From positions 10,054,698-10,118,697 of the forward strand of contig OZ037765.1 of assembly GCA_964035545.1 (NCBI GenBank): 64,000 nucleotides of DNA, in the 5' to 3' direction. The notes beneath the pieces were generated by a model that did no database searches, had not been told where the DNA came from, and saw only the letters and a list, made by a program, of their open reading frames with translations. Of this stretch, positions 38,401 to 50,200 are shown one piece after another. The position numbers were made by a program, and so were the translations under genes. This DNA comes from Bugula neritina (Eukaryota > Animalia > Bryozoa). Numbering within the stretch: the first letter of the stretch is position 1; each line of letters opens with the position of its first letter.

Positions 38401-41400
38401 GCATTCAGAACTTTCAGAAACTTAAGCAGTTAGCACTATACAACTTGTAACTCCCAGCATTAAGCTCTCACCCTTAAACTCACACATCGTTTACATATGC
38501 TTTGGCAACAACATTAGTTTCTTTCATTGCAAAGATTGTCATAATATGGTGGCTGTTTATATTGTAAGCTCCTCCCGCTTATTATAACTATATAGATACT
38601 GTGTTTTATATGATATGTAGATTCAACTAAATAAACCAGTATCTGATCCACATCTTTATAAACACCTACAAATTATTACAAATGACGACTACACAAATAA
38701 GTCACAACAAATCACGACATGAAGACAAAGATGTAGGTCAAATGTGTTGCATGTTGACGAGGAGACAACCCCTAAAACAACTGCTGTACACATATTGAGT
38801 CATCATATAAGAATGTACAAATATACACAGTTAGCTACCGTTATACAAGAAGTCTAGTAAACATATACCAGGTACCTGGTGGGAGACCTCCGTATATAAC
38901 AGCACACTGTCTGCCCATTTTCTCCAACTCTCTACACAGTTGGTATATACTAGACTTGTTGAAGCAGACAATACAGTCCCCATCCTGCACATTCTCAATA
39001 CTACCGAGGGGTTCATTCATGTATTCTATCGGAGTTAACCTTTTGTACCTGCAAATTGCCATAAAAATTAGTAATTCAATTTTAAATTAAAGGCGAAACA
39101 AAAAATTAAATTATCCTAAATTACTATTTGAAGTAAAGTAAGATATTCTCAAACAAGAAGGTCATCTTGGGTCAAGGGACAATAACTTTGAATGAGCTTA
39201 CAGATAACTCTTGGCTACACGCTAGATGTAAAGAATTGAAGAATCACACTTTAGTTAGTAAATTGAAATATGTATAAGGTAAGATATCCGCTGATAGACT
39301 AATAAAATATTGGATGTTGCAGACCTTTTGACTTCTACTGTATCGCCAGTATCAAGAGCTATATTCTTAATCAGATCTATCACTGCTTCTTCTCCACACA
39401 AGTGTACTTCATCAGCATTAACACCTACAAACAGAAGTGCCATATTGTATTCTGTAAAATAGAACTTGTTAAAATTGGCATTGTTACCTTTCGAGTTGTA
39501 ACAAGGCATAACTCACAAAAGACCTATTCATATAACAACTATCTGCTACAAATTATAATCATTGATAAGTGTCTAGGATCTAAAATATTTGTAAAGTTTC
39601 AATTTTTTAAGAAAATAGTAAAAATAGCAATGATAGGATTATTTATTTAGTCTCTGCTCTCCATTATGGCAAGCAAATGAGTGGTAGAATTATATAGCAC
39701 AGTTAGCAGTCCAGGGTTGGAGTAATTGTAATTTGTAATTGGTTGTAATGAATTACATTTCTTTCAAGTAATTGAATGTAATTTGTAATTGATGTATAAA
39801 AATGTAATTGCAATTAATTACATATCTAATGTAATTCATTTTTACAATTACTTTATAATTTCATGTCAATTACTTCAAATTTTTAAATCTCAAAAATTTC
39901 ATGATTTTCTTACTGTTAAATAACAAGTTCAGATTATCACTGTTGAGAACAAAGGAGGTTCATCTTTGTCCAAAAATTGCCCCTGTTAGTTGGACCCTAG
40001 AAGTGAGATTTCATAACATCTATTTATCCCTTGTGAGAACAAAAGTAATTGTAATTGTAATTAATTACATTGCCATGTAATTGTAATTAATTAAATTACT
40101 TTTTAACAGTAATTATAATTGTAATTGACAATTTTTTATGTAATTGTAATCAATTACATTCCCATGTAAGTGGCCCCAATCCTGGTTAGCACTAACCTAG
40201 AAAGGCTCGTAACCATGCCCACCCCCTCTGTTTGTCTCGCAACATCTGGATCTCATCTATAATAGCTACTTCAATAGGCCTCTCTATATCGGTCATCTCC
40301 ACTGTGCATGATACATGTGCAGCTGGCATCAGACCTATATTTAAAAAAAGCTATTCCTGAAAAGTTAAAAATAAAAAGTATATTTTGAAGAACTTCAGCA
40401 TGGCTTCAAGTTTTACAGACAAAGTTGCCACTCACTATAAAAGAAGCTACCAAATGACTACAGAAGGGTAGAAAACAAAAGCTATATATAAGTGGGTGTA
40501 AATTTCATCTGGACAGAAATGAGACTCACTTCACAATATGAAACAAACTTTACATACCTTCTGGGTCAGCAAAATTTCGCTCTTCTCCGGTGACTAAATC
40601 ACACGCAATCCCGACATCATTAGATTTTTGTGCCAATTCTACAGCTAGCATTTTTAGTGGCCCGCAGTATATGCCAGATTTAGATGCTAAATATCTAAAA
40701 TGACAAATAATGGGAATTTAATATTTTATTTTATTTTCTTTATTCATGAGAGTACAATACTCTTGCAGAAAAGCTATCTTGTTAAACATGTGATTAGATA
40801 ACGGAGAATTAAAGTACACAAACCTTTGAAAGGCATGATATGTTTTTCCGCTGTTAGTTGGCCCTGCATGAATAACTATCGTTCTCTGTTTCGCACGAGC
40901 TAGTGGAAAAAGCTGAGCTGGGGAAGTCAGGTTTGAGGCGTGGCGTAAATCTTTCACGTAGTCTAAATGGGGATACATCTGTAACAGTTGCCACAATAAA
41001 ATTCAAAATTAAAAAAATTATCACAAACTCGATAGCAATCTTTAAAATTGTTGAATAACAAAAAGCTAACAATTTTTTCAGCTGGTAGTCACGTGTGTGA
41101 ATAAAAACAGTCAAGTTCCTGATAGAAAGGAATATTCTCAAAAAATTTAGTCACTTTTCAAGTTTCATGTTAAATTTAATACTCCAAGGATTCGTATATG
41201 ATGACTCACCACTTTGGCATGCTGCAGGAAAAAAGGAAACAGGTCTGTAGCAGTTCCATAGCCATTTATAATATCGCTAAGTTTGATATGAAGTTCTGAA
41301 GGCAAAGGGCTGATGGTGGCACAGTATTTCCTGAACTCACTAAAAGCTTGAAGGAATAATGAATGCTCCATTCCTGCACAAAGACACATATCACAACTTC

Positions 41401-42131
41401 AATATTATAATTTTACAATAACTGAAAAAAAGTTTTTATAGAAGCATTTTTTATCTTTCAGTCTATTTACTGAAAAACTAGGACATTGAATTAATATAAT
41501 ATTTATGCCAACAAATAAAAGCAGATTCATGTTTGCATGGTGAAATAATAATATTACGGTAACAGCCGGCAGATAAAAATATGTCTTGTTGAAAAAAACA
41601 AGTGCCAAAAGAACTTAATAGAGAAAATGGACCTTGCTGCATTGCGAGGGATTTTACTTCTGGTTGCCTAAAGAACTGGTTCAAAACGGCCAATATGTCA
41701 GCTTTTGATAGAGGTCCAGCAAAGTCTAGAGCCACAGAGTCATCTGTAGACGTGTTTGGACTTTGAGACGGAAGAACTGAAGGTTTGATAACTCCAGCCA
41801 CTATCATAATACATTAGAATATTGTGTACTAACAGCATTTGGATCGTTTAATTCAGTGTATTTGATATATCATTTTTAATAAAAAATTTTTTTTGATAAC
41901 TGTGAGCTACTATGCTCTTTATACGACAACTTTTAATTATTACTCACATGAAACTGGTTTTTTAGGGGTTTGAGTTAATTTGAGCTGCTTGGCTACTCTT
42001 GACGACACTTTTGTTCTCTTGTGACTACGATTGTGCACATTATTTCTAAGTATGTATGAACAAGACAAGAATGCTTTGTGCCTAGCCCCAGTAGGACATC
42101 TCAAAACCAATTGTGTGCTGAACAGATGCAT
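35413..42131 (-). CDS. SUPV3L1: Mitochondrial ATP-dependent RNA helicase SUV3
   Basis: Basic presequence-like N-terminus. [58 protein letters not shown] and LYNWLSYRF. The last exon ends in TGA at 35413. Confidence 0.96.
39712..40184. mobile_element. hAT-like MITE with GTAATT subterminal repeats
   Basis: Termini cagggttgg ... ccaatcctg. Many gtaatt/aattac repeats near both ends. Flanks gttagca(gt)c and gttagcac resemble a degenerate 8-bp TSD. Confidence 0.75.
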
Positions 42132-42539
42132 TTGGAAAGTGGATATAGAGTGCCTAAACCATTTACCTACAATGTGAATGTAAGGGAAAGGGTAAAATTG
42201 GCTTGAGTTGCCTTCCTAAAGTAATAGATTTGAAAGACTCGGTGTATGCAAACAAGTTGGAGTATATAAAAATTCATTTTATTTTCAATCTAAAATTTGA
42301 AAGTATCAAGAATTATAATACTCAGTGTATGAGTATCTTCAAAACAACCTCACTAAAACATGGCTGTTAGCATTTTAGCTAAAACTTAAAAAAATAACTT
42401 AACTTTAAGCATATGCTAGAAGATGACAACCTGAAACAAAATAACACAAAAGGCAGAGACAGAGGCACTCATTAATTTTGCGCCATTATGTCCAATTTTT
42501 ATGAGGTGAGTTATCAATATAACTAAAATTAACAGAATA

Positions 42540-43200
42540 TCATTATCATTATGATATTCAATTTCATGCCATAGTAATAAGCATAACTCATATTGTAATC
42601 AATGTCAATAATTAATTAATTCATTATCAAATTTAATATAAATTGAAATATTAATGACCTCATCATTATGATTATGAGTGAGCATTAATGATCACGTGCC
42701 AATATGAATCAGAATGCCATAATTATTGAATATCAAATTTAATATCAATATTCAATAATTATATTTATAATCCATTCAATTAATATTATTATCAATATGA
42801 ATAGGAGCTTGAATTGGGATACCAATTACAATATCAATATGAATATGTCAAGCTGTTGCATAATAATAATTTAAATTAACTCAAATTTACATTGACATTT
42901 ACATAGTCCGTATTAGTATGATTATCAGTTGAGACTTGAGTATGACTATCACTATGAATATTACCCTAACTATCACTAAGTATCAGTACTACTATGGGTA
43001 TGACTGAGTATGAGACATAACACTCATTAACACTAACACTAACAGTGACTCATCACTCATGTCTACCAGTACGGGTACCACTACGGCTACCAGTCTAAGA
43101 CTAGGAGTATTAACATGATGATGATGAACTTGAACGAAGATGATGATGATCACTGTAATAACTTCATGCTGCCAATTTACAATTACAATGTGTTATAAGT
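42540..43200. repeat. Period-6 quasi-palindromic domain in inferred SUV3 5'-UTR intron (42431-43308)
   Basis: Minus-strand donor GTAAGT at 43308 and a strong polypyrimidine acceptor at 42431. Perfect 15-bp inverted repeat 42719-42733/42748-42762; actatc/agtatg arrays. Confidence 0.8.
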
Positions 43201-43378
43201 TCTGCAACGTGATCACATAACAATAAATAAAATATAACCAGCAAGCCACTTTGATCTCTCTACAAATCTACACTGTCAATCTCCTATGGTAGTTTATTTT
43301 GTACTTACTAGTTCGTCTCGTTGGTTCATGCGATCAACTTGTCTCACAGGCTATATTACTGCCGTAACGTAACAAATA

Positions 43379-43681
43379 GTTCTACAAACAGCTCCGAGTT
43401 GGGGGTGAATGAGTGCAGTAGTTTGGGTTCTCGAGTTTGGAGTTGAGAGCTTTACAAAATATTCAACTACAAAATTAAAAACTTCCAAATACTACATTTA
43501 TTCACTCCCACTTGGAGTTGCTTATAAAACCATTCTGACTAGACCACTAGTTAACTTTTTGACCAACATTCTTGGTGGTCACTGAGTGCAGTAGTTCAGG
43601 AGTCTTGAGTTTGGAGTTGGGTATTTGAAATTAGAACTCTGAACTCCCAACTCTTAAACTATTGCACTCAATGACCACCAA
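43379..43681. repeat. Two related fold-back (mini-MITE-like) elements in tandem
   Basis: Inverted repeats spanning ~43379-43530 and ~43572-43681, both containing tgagtgcagtagtt...gagtttggagttg. Confidence 0.7.
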
Positions 43682-44475
43682 CTCAATGCTGCTTCTAGCA
43701 GCTTTCTATAGGTTGCAAGGGGGTTTATCTTTCAGCAGCTATAATAATGACAGCAATATTTATCAATAACGTGGTTTTGTTTAAAACCTTGTGCATGATG
43801 GTGAAAGTAAAAACTACAGTTTTGGTATGGCTAAAAGTTTTAATCTGCTTTGAAAAGTGCAAATTGGGCTACTGCACTTTCTATAATTGTTGCATTTTAT
43901 AGTGCTTCACTATTCAGGCATAATTTCTTATATATGAGGTTCACTATTCAAGAAGCGATTTAACTTCTTTATGGACATTTTGTTTGATTTTGCTCTATTG
44001 CATCTGCTACCCTTTGCTTGAAGGTTCTAGGCCTTAGACCAAATAAATACACACCTATATTATATGGTACAACAAGAGGTAAATACTACTGTAAGTGTAT
44101 GTATATATTATTATAGTTATACTATTGCTGACACAAAGTGGCGAATAATAGAGAATTGAAGTAAAAAGTTTGGAGTTTGCATAATGCTCTCCAAACGTTT
44201 GGCAAGCTAAAAAGTTAAATAATGTGGGTATGCACATAACAAGTATACTATGATAAGTTTTATAATATAGCTAGTAATTTGCATACTATAAAATTTCAAC
44301 ATGGGTCCAATAAATTAATATCAATCAAGATTTATAAGACAAGTTATATTACATTTACAATAAAAATTAATTTTTGAAATCAACCAATTGAAAATTGAAA
44401 TTTGATTTGATTGAAATCAAATCCACCTAGCTGTGTATAAATGCTGCTTCGAGATTTGTCCCCTTGTCAGCACCG

Positions 44476-44621
<146 letters not shown>

Positions 44622-45239
44622 CGAACATCAATTGATATTTTAGGTAGATGAGAATATACTTTTATAAGATCTAAAATTAAAACATAATATGCAACCATGT
44701 CATCTATTTAATTCACTATTGTTTTTTCTTACCTATTTCCACTTTGTCCTGTTCGGGTAGCGGGATCTATTTCACTATGGCTCAGCTGATTTGCAGTGTG
44801 TTTCTTTAAAATTTACAGCAAGCAAATTTAATCTTGAGTTATCCTACCAATATGTTATAAATGTTTCTACTTAGAAGACACGCCCAGCGCATCCTTCCCT
44901 TCTGGATGCGCCGAAATCGAAAATATCACCCTGGATGCGTCTACCTTCCGACTGTCTGACTGTCGTTTCTCAATGTAAACTGGTGAACTCATAAATAGCA
45001 GCTCCATTATAAACCGTTATTTTGTACCAGAACTTCCGTATTCCGTGCACAATAACATATAAATTGTTGTTTTTAGTTTTATCTTAGATGGCTGATACTC
45101 ATACTCACATTCACATTGAGTATTGATGCTACTAAACGCGTCTTTTTGTAAGATTATTTCTTGTTTGACAAGTTCTTAAAAAAATTATTTTAAAACATAT
45201 ACTTTGCTGTTAAAATTATTGTTGTATTTTTTTTAATAG

Positions 45240-45900
45240 AATAATTATAACTTATAGTTATAAGTCTAAGAGACTAAGAATAAGAGTAAGAGTAAGACTG
45301 AGTTAGACTTCGAGCAAAACTTTCTTATACTATAATAGTATTATAGTATAAGAAAGTTAGATAATAGTATTATAGTATAAGAAGGTTTTGCTCGTAGTCT
45401 AACGCAGTCTTACTCTTAGTCTCTTAGTTTTAGTTTTTCTTTTACTTTTGGACTTTGTCTTTAGCTTTTTACTTCAAGTTTTAGTTTTACAGCTTTGCTC
45501 TTATGTTTTAATCTTTAGGTTTTAAATGTGAGTCTTTAAAATAAGAATAACTATTTTACTATAAAAATTATTTATTGAGTTTAGTTATTTACTTAGACAT
45601 TACTTACTCTTACTCTTAGTGTCTAATACTAATACTAGTAGTAATACTAATAGTAACACTAATACTAATAGTATTATTATTAGTAATAGTAATAAGTAAT
45701 GCATATTGGGATTACTATTTGGTATACTAAACTAAATACTCACAGATCTAAGACTAATACTAATAGTTATGATTTATAACTTGTAGCAGTAGTTATATTT
45801 AAACTTAAATTTAATGTTATAACAGTTAGTAGTAATATCACTCTATGCCCTACAGCTATGCCTATAATAGCATTTGTGTTTGACTAGAACTAGAATAAAG
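45240..45900. repeat. Period-6 quasi-palindromic domain in inferred BCR 5'-UTR intron
   Basis: taagag/tttagt/aatact arrays and a 51-bp inverted repeat 45287-45337/45368-45418. Confidence 0.85.
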
Positions 45901-47273
45901 TCTTGAATTAATGTTATATCAGCAGTAGATTAGATATTTATATTTGTTTAGTTTATGCTCATTTGTTGATATGTCATGTTAGCCCATTTAAATAGTGTTA
46001 GTTAGGCTTATACATATACTAAAATGTTTATATTTATGTTCATAAACATGAACTTTAGTATGTGTATGACTTTCACTAAATGAAGTGTTGAAAATACATT
46101 AGTATTAATGTTGAATGAAAATATTAAAATGCTATAACTAGAACTGTATATAAACTATAATATGGAATTATAGATACATCTTTCTATTCATATATTTCAA
46201 ACAAAATGTTTACCCTGTAAATATCCTTGAAGCTTTTCTCTCAAATTTTATTATACTTCTGCTGCCATTTTCAAACTAAAAAGTTAACTAAATTAAAATT
46301 ACTTTTTGATTTTCGAAATGTCTCTACCTACAAATAAAATGTCCTTGTTTTTACAACATAAAATAATAATAATAGTTCTTATACTATTTCACTTGCTTTA
46401 TTATAGATTTTATTTTTTATCTGACCTTGAATATTACTTCTCTTTTAGGTTGGAAATCTATCGATGACAATGTTTGACATTTAATAGTCCCAGAAAGCGT
46501 AGTTTTATCAGCGAAATAGATTTACAAATACATTAAAATCAGGTAATGATGTAAAATAGATAGTTACTTAATTCAAACCCTACGGTACTCCCAACTCAAT
46601 CATAAGTTCTATAAACTAGGCTGACCCTTCGCTGTCAGACCTTTCTATGTTTTTCTTGAGTTGCTGCATGTGAACAGTTAAATCTTGTGTGCTGTTGTGT
46701 GTATATTTGCAACGTAATAAAAAGTTACATCACTTATTTCCACCATTCCAATAAATAGTATAGTTTTTGTTGAGTAAATAAAGTAACGCATTGAGAGGTT
46801 AGAAATTTTTACTACTTGCCATTCCTCAAGATACTTCCTAAAATCAGCTGAAAATTCTTCTTTAAAGTCAACACTGCAGATTAAATTTTTCTATTCTTAA
46901 CACACCATACATATAGGTTTGAATTCTTCTTATGGGTAGCATGCTTTCATTGGTTATATAATTTATAACTCTATGAAGATGATTATTTATCATAGATTGC
47001 ATGACTACTGAAAATATGTTTTATTTTGTAAGTATGACTTTCATAAAAAGTGTTACACAACGTAATGTAAGAGATAATAAATGGAAATCAAAAACAAGAA
47101 GTAAGTGCAATGTGGTAATGTGAGATTGTTAATGGCCAACTGTCACAACAAAATAATGTGCTGAGCCATGAGATAACTCATTTTTATGAGTTGCTGGTGT
47201 GATAATGTAAATTGAAGTTGTGGCAGTCAAGTAGTAGCCATTGTATTTTTTATATTTTTATTAATTTTTAGTT

Positions 47274-50200
47274 ATGGATTTAAAATCTAAAGCCACAGAG
47301 TTTGAGGCAGGCTGGAAAGCATCTTTCCCAAAAGATCCAGTACCTCGTCTCACATGTTTTGAGAGCACAAAATCTGCTGATAGCATGGAGGCTCAGCAGC
47401 AGTCCTTTAGATCTTTATTGCAAGCTACTTTGGACTACCACAACATCAGAATATCTGATTTAAAAAGAAAACTGAAGCAACAGCAGTTTATACTGGAATA
47501 TGTGGCTAAAGAATTGGAACAAATTCCAGTTCCAAGACATACTTTGAGCTACAAGCCACCACAATCGGACTCTAAGCCCCTGCCTCGACCAAGAAAGCCA
47601 CCAGCCATTCCAAAGAAGCCCAAGGCCCTTTCAGCAGATGGAGACAATTCACAGCCCGGTGCTATTCGTAGGATTCAGTCTGCACCATCCTCACACAAAC
47701 CGCCAGCTGTTGAAAAGCGGATGCAGTATAGTAGTGTATATGTTTCTAGTCCACAGTCGATAGAAGAGGAAGTTGAACCAACGAGTGATTTGTTGGAACA
47801 AAACACTGAACCGGCACTCCTCATGAGAGGCGACTCCACTGATGAACGTTTCAATACTTTTCAAGGTACTACATTTGGTAGTTCGATTAAAAAGCCGCAA
47901 TCAAAGATTGCTGAAGAAGAAATGGAAACATCAACCAATGCTGTGAGTAATCCCAATGATGAAAGTCCAGCAATTATAAGCAATCGCATCCAATCCAGTT
48001 CAGATTACGAGTCTTTGACTCTGAAGTCACCACAGTCTTCCCGAAGTAGTATGAAGAAGTTGGCTCAACTTGGTGTGCCGGATGTCGAGACCTCTTCGTG
48101 TGCTTCCAGTCCTGACGCCACTTCTGGAGACTACATGCAGCTCTGGACCACAAAGCCACTGGCTGATGTGAAGGCTGATGCACCATCACCTTCGAGTGAG
48201 GTGAGTCATTCACTCTCACTCATATTAGTTGTAAAGCTATGCAGTAGTTCATCTATCTCGAGATTACTAGATTAGGGTGAGATGAGGAGATGAGCGATGT
48301 TTCCTATGAAAAGAGCTGGTATTCCTTTGAGGTTTTTATTGCCAAATCGAGATTCATGAATTCATGATATGAAATTAGGCGGCTATCAAAACTACCCAAG
48401 TTACACACCATTGTGGGTTGTGGGTCTATTTCTGAACTTGAGTTTCACTGGCACACACCCTTTGGATTAGAGTACTTTACTCTTCTTGCTGCTTAGTAGT
48501 GTAATAAACTAGTCATACAAGTCAAAGACTTTGTTTCCTGCTCACTGCCCCCTTAGTTACTCATGAACTCAAGTAGCTGATGAGCAACTGATACAAAATG
48601 TGTAAAATATATCATTTTAACTGTGAACTGTGAACATTTCCTGTAAGCAAATATGAACTGTGAACATTTCCTGTAAGCCACAAAGAAGTATTTGATAAAA
48701 ATATGCAATTGATTAAAAAAGAATGCTGCCTGACTAAACTTGTGTCAATAGAGAAAGTTCGGTCAAACTATTAGGGTTCAATTTTTCCTTGTTTCTGTGT
48801 AATAAGTTTACAATCAGTGCCAATAACATCTGGATAGTGTTGGGCAGTTAGTGAGAATAGGAAGTTGTGTGTTGGTGCTTGCAGTTGCATCATTGGATCT
48901 CACGACCCTCTGAATAGGTTAATTTCTAACAAATACTGGTATAGATTTTCTGCTTGTTATGACACAAGCACCATTCAAGCGCTGTCATTGTTCACTGCAG
49001 ATCTGCTCAGTTCCATCATATAATGGTAATGAAGATTCAACTACTTGTGAAGTTCAATGATTTGTATTTATGATGTGTTGATTGACTCACTTACAACAAC
49101 CACCATCACCTCAACACTCTTATCTACTTTGTCTATCAAATCTATCTGACTGCTCTTTATGTGTACACAGTACACAGCACACAGTGTGATGTACATGTGC
49201 ACTCCATTACCTTTTCAATACCCTGTCCCTAGACAATAACATTCTTACTGCAGCTGCTATCACTGAATTTTCAACGGCTTTTTCGGTGAATCATCTGTTT
49301 TCATATTTCTATAGACTATAGATAAATTAGAAATGCATCTAATAAGCACAGTAATAATTTGATAATTCCTGCACTCAAACCAAACCTTAGTGTTGAGTTA
49401 GTAAGTAGCCCTGTTCCTCTATGTACCAAGTAACTAGGCCTTTTCATGTTAACTCTATAATCAATGCAGGATGTTTAGTTAGACTGATGGTTTGTTATGT
49501 TGTGTTGTGTTAGTAATTTCTACTAAAACAATGAGTCACCACATGTCTATGGCATTCTGCGTCTATAAGTACCTTGTGTTGTGATGTTTACCACGTTAGG
49601 TCTGTAATAACAATATCAAAGGATAGCAAAAACCACATTTATTATGCTGAAGGGTTTTTTGGTTAGCAATGTGTCATTTTTTGATCTAAATTCTTGTATC
49701 TTAGATGTCAATTACTGTAACTATGAAATGTCTTTATTTTCTTTGTTAATATGCGGGTAATTATAATTATATAAATTGTGTTAGTTTTTCCCCAACTAGT
49801 TGGAATACTTATCAGATTTATAATATTCCATTAGGTTCAGTAACTTCCATTCATATTGAATTTTATATTTCTTTCTAAAACATTCTCTTTACATTTCAGT
49901 CTACTCAGATTGATGAGGGTGGAGACAACTCTAGTGCTGCTTCCTTGAAGTCTTCGGTGGCTGGTAAATCAGGCAGTAAGAAGGGTTCTAAGATGGTCCG
50001 AGTTGATTACAGTGACAAGAATGGTGGGCCACAGCCTATCAGAGATGTGACTGAGGACGCCAACCAAGGTGTGTTGATAAAGTAGCAGGCTAGCTTGTCA
50101 CTTAGAGTTTACAATGTGTGAAGTGTGAAGTCTACTACTTCATCTAATACTCTATCAGCTGCAGTTGTTTCTAGTATTCTTTATGTATTTTAGTGCCTGC

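Noticed and set aside
42488-42511. Plus-strand mini-exon MSNFYE|GTGAGT
   Set aside because: The nearest plausible acceptor (~43349) gives a stop within six codons. The region is better explained as SUV3 intron, though a noncoding antisense transcript is not excluded.
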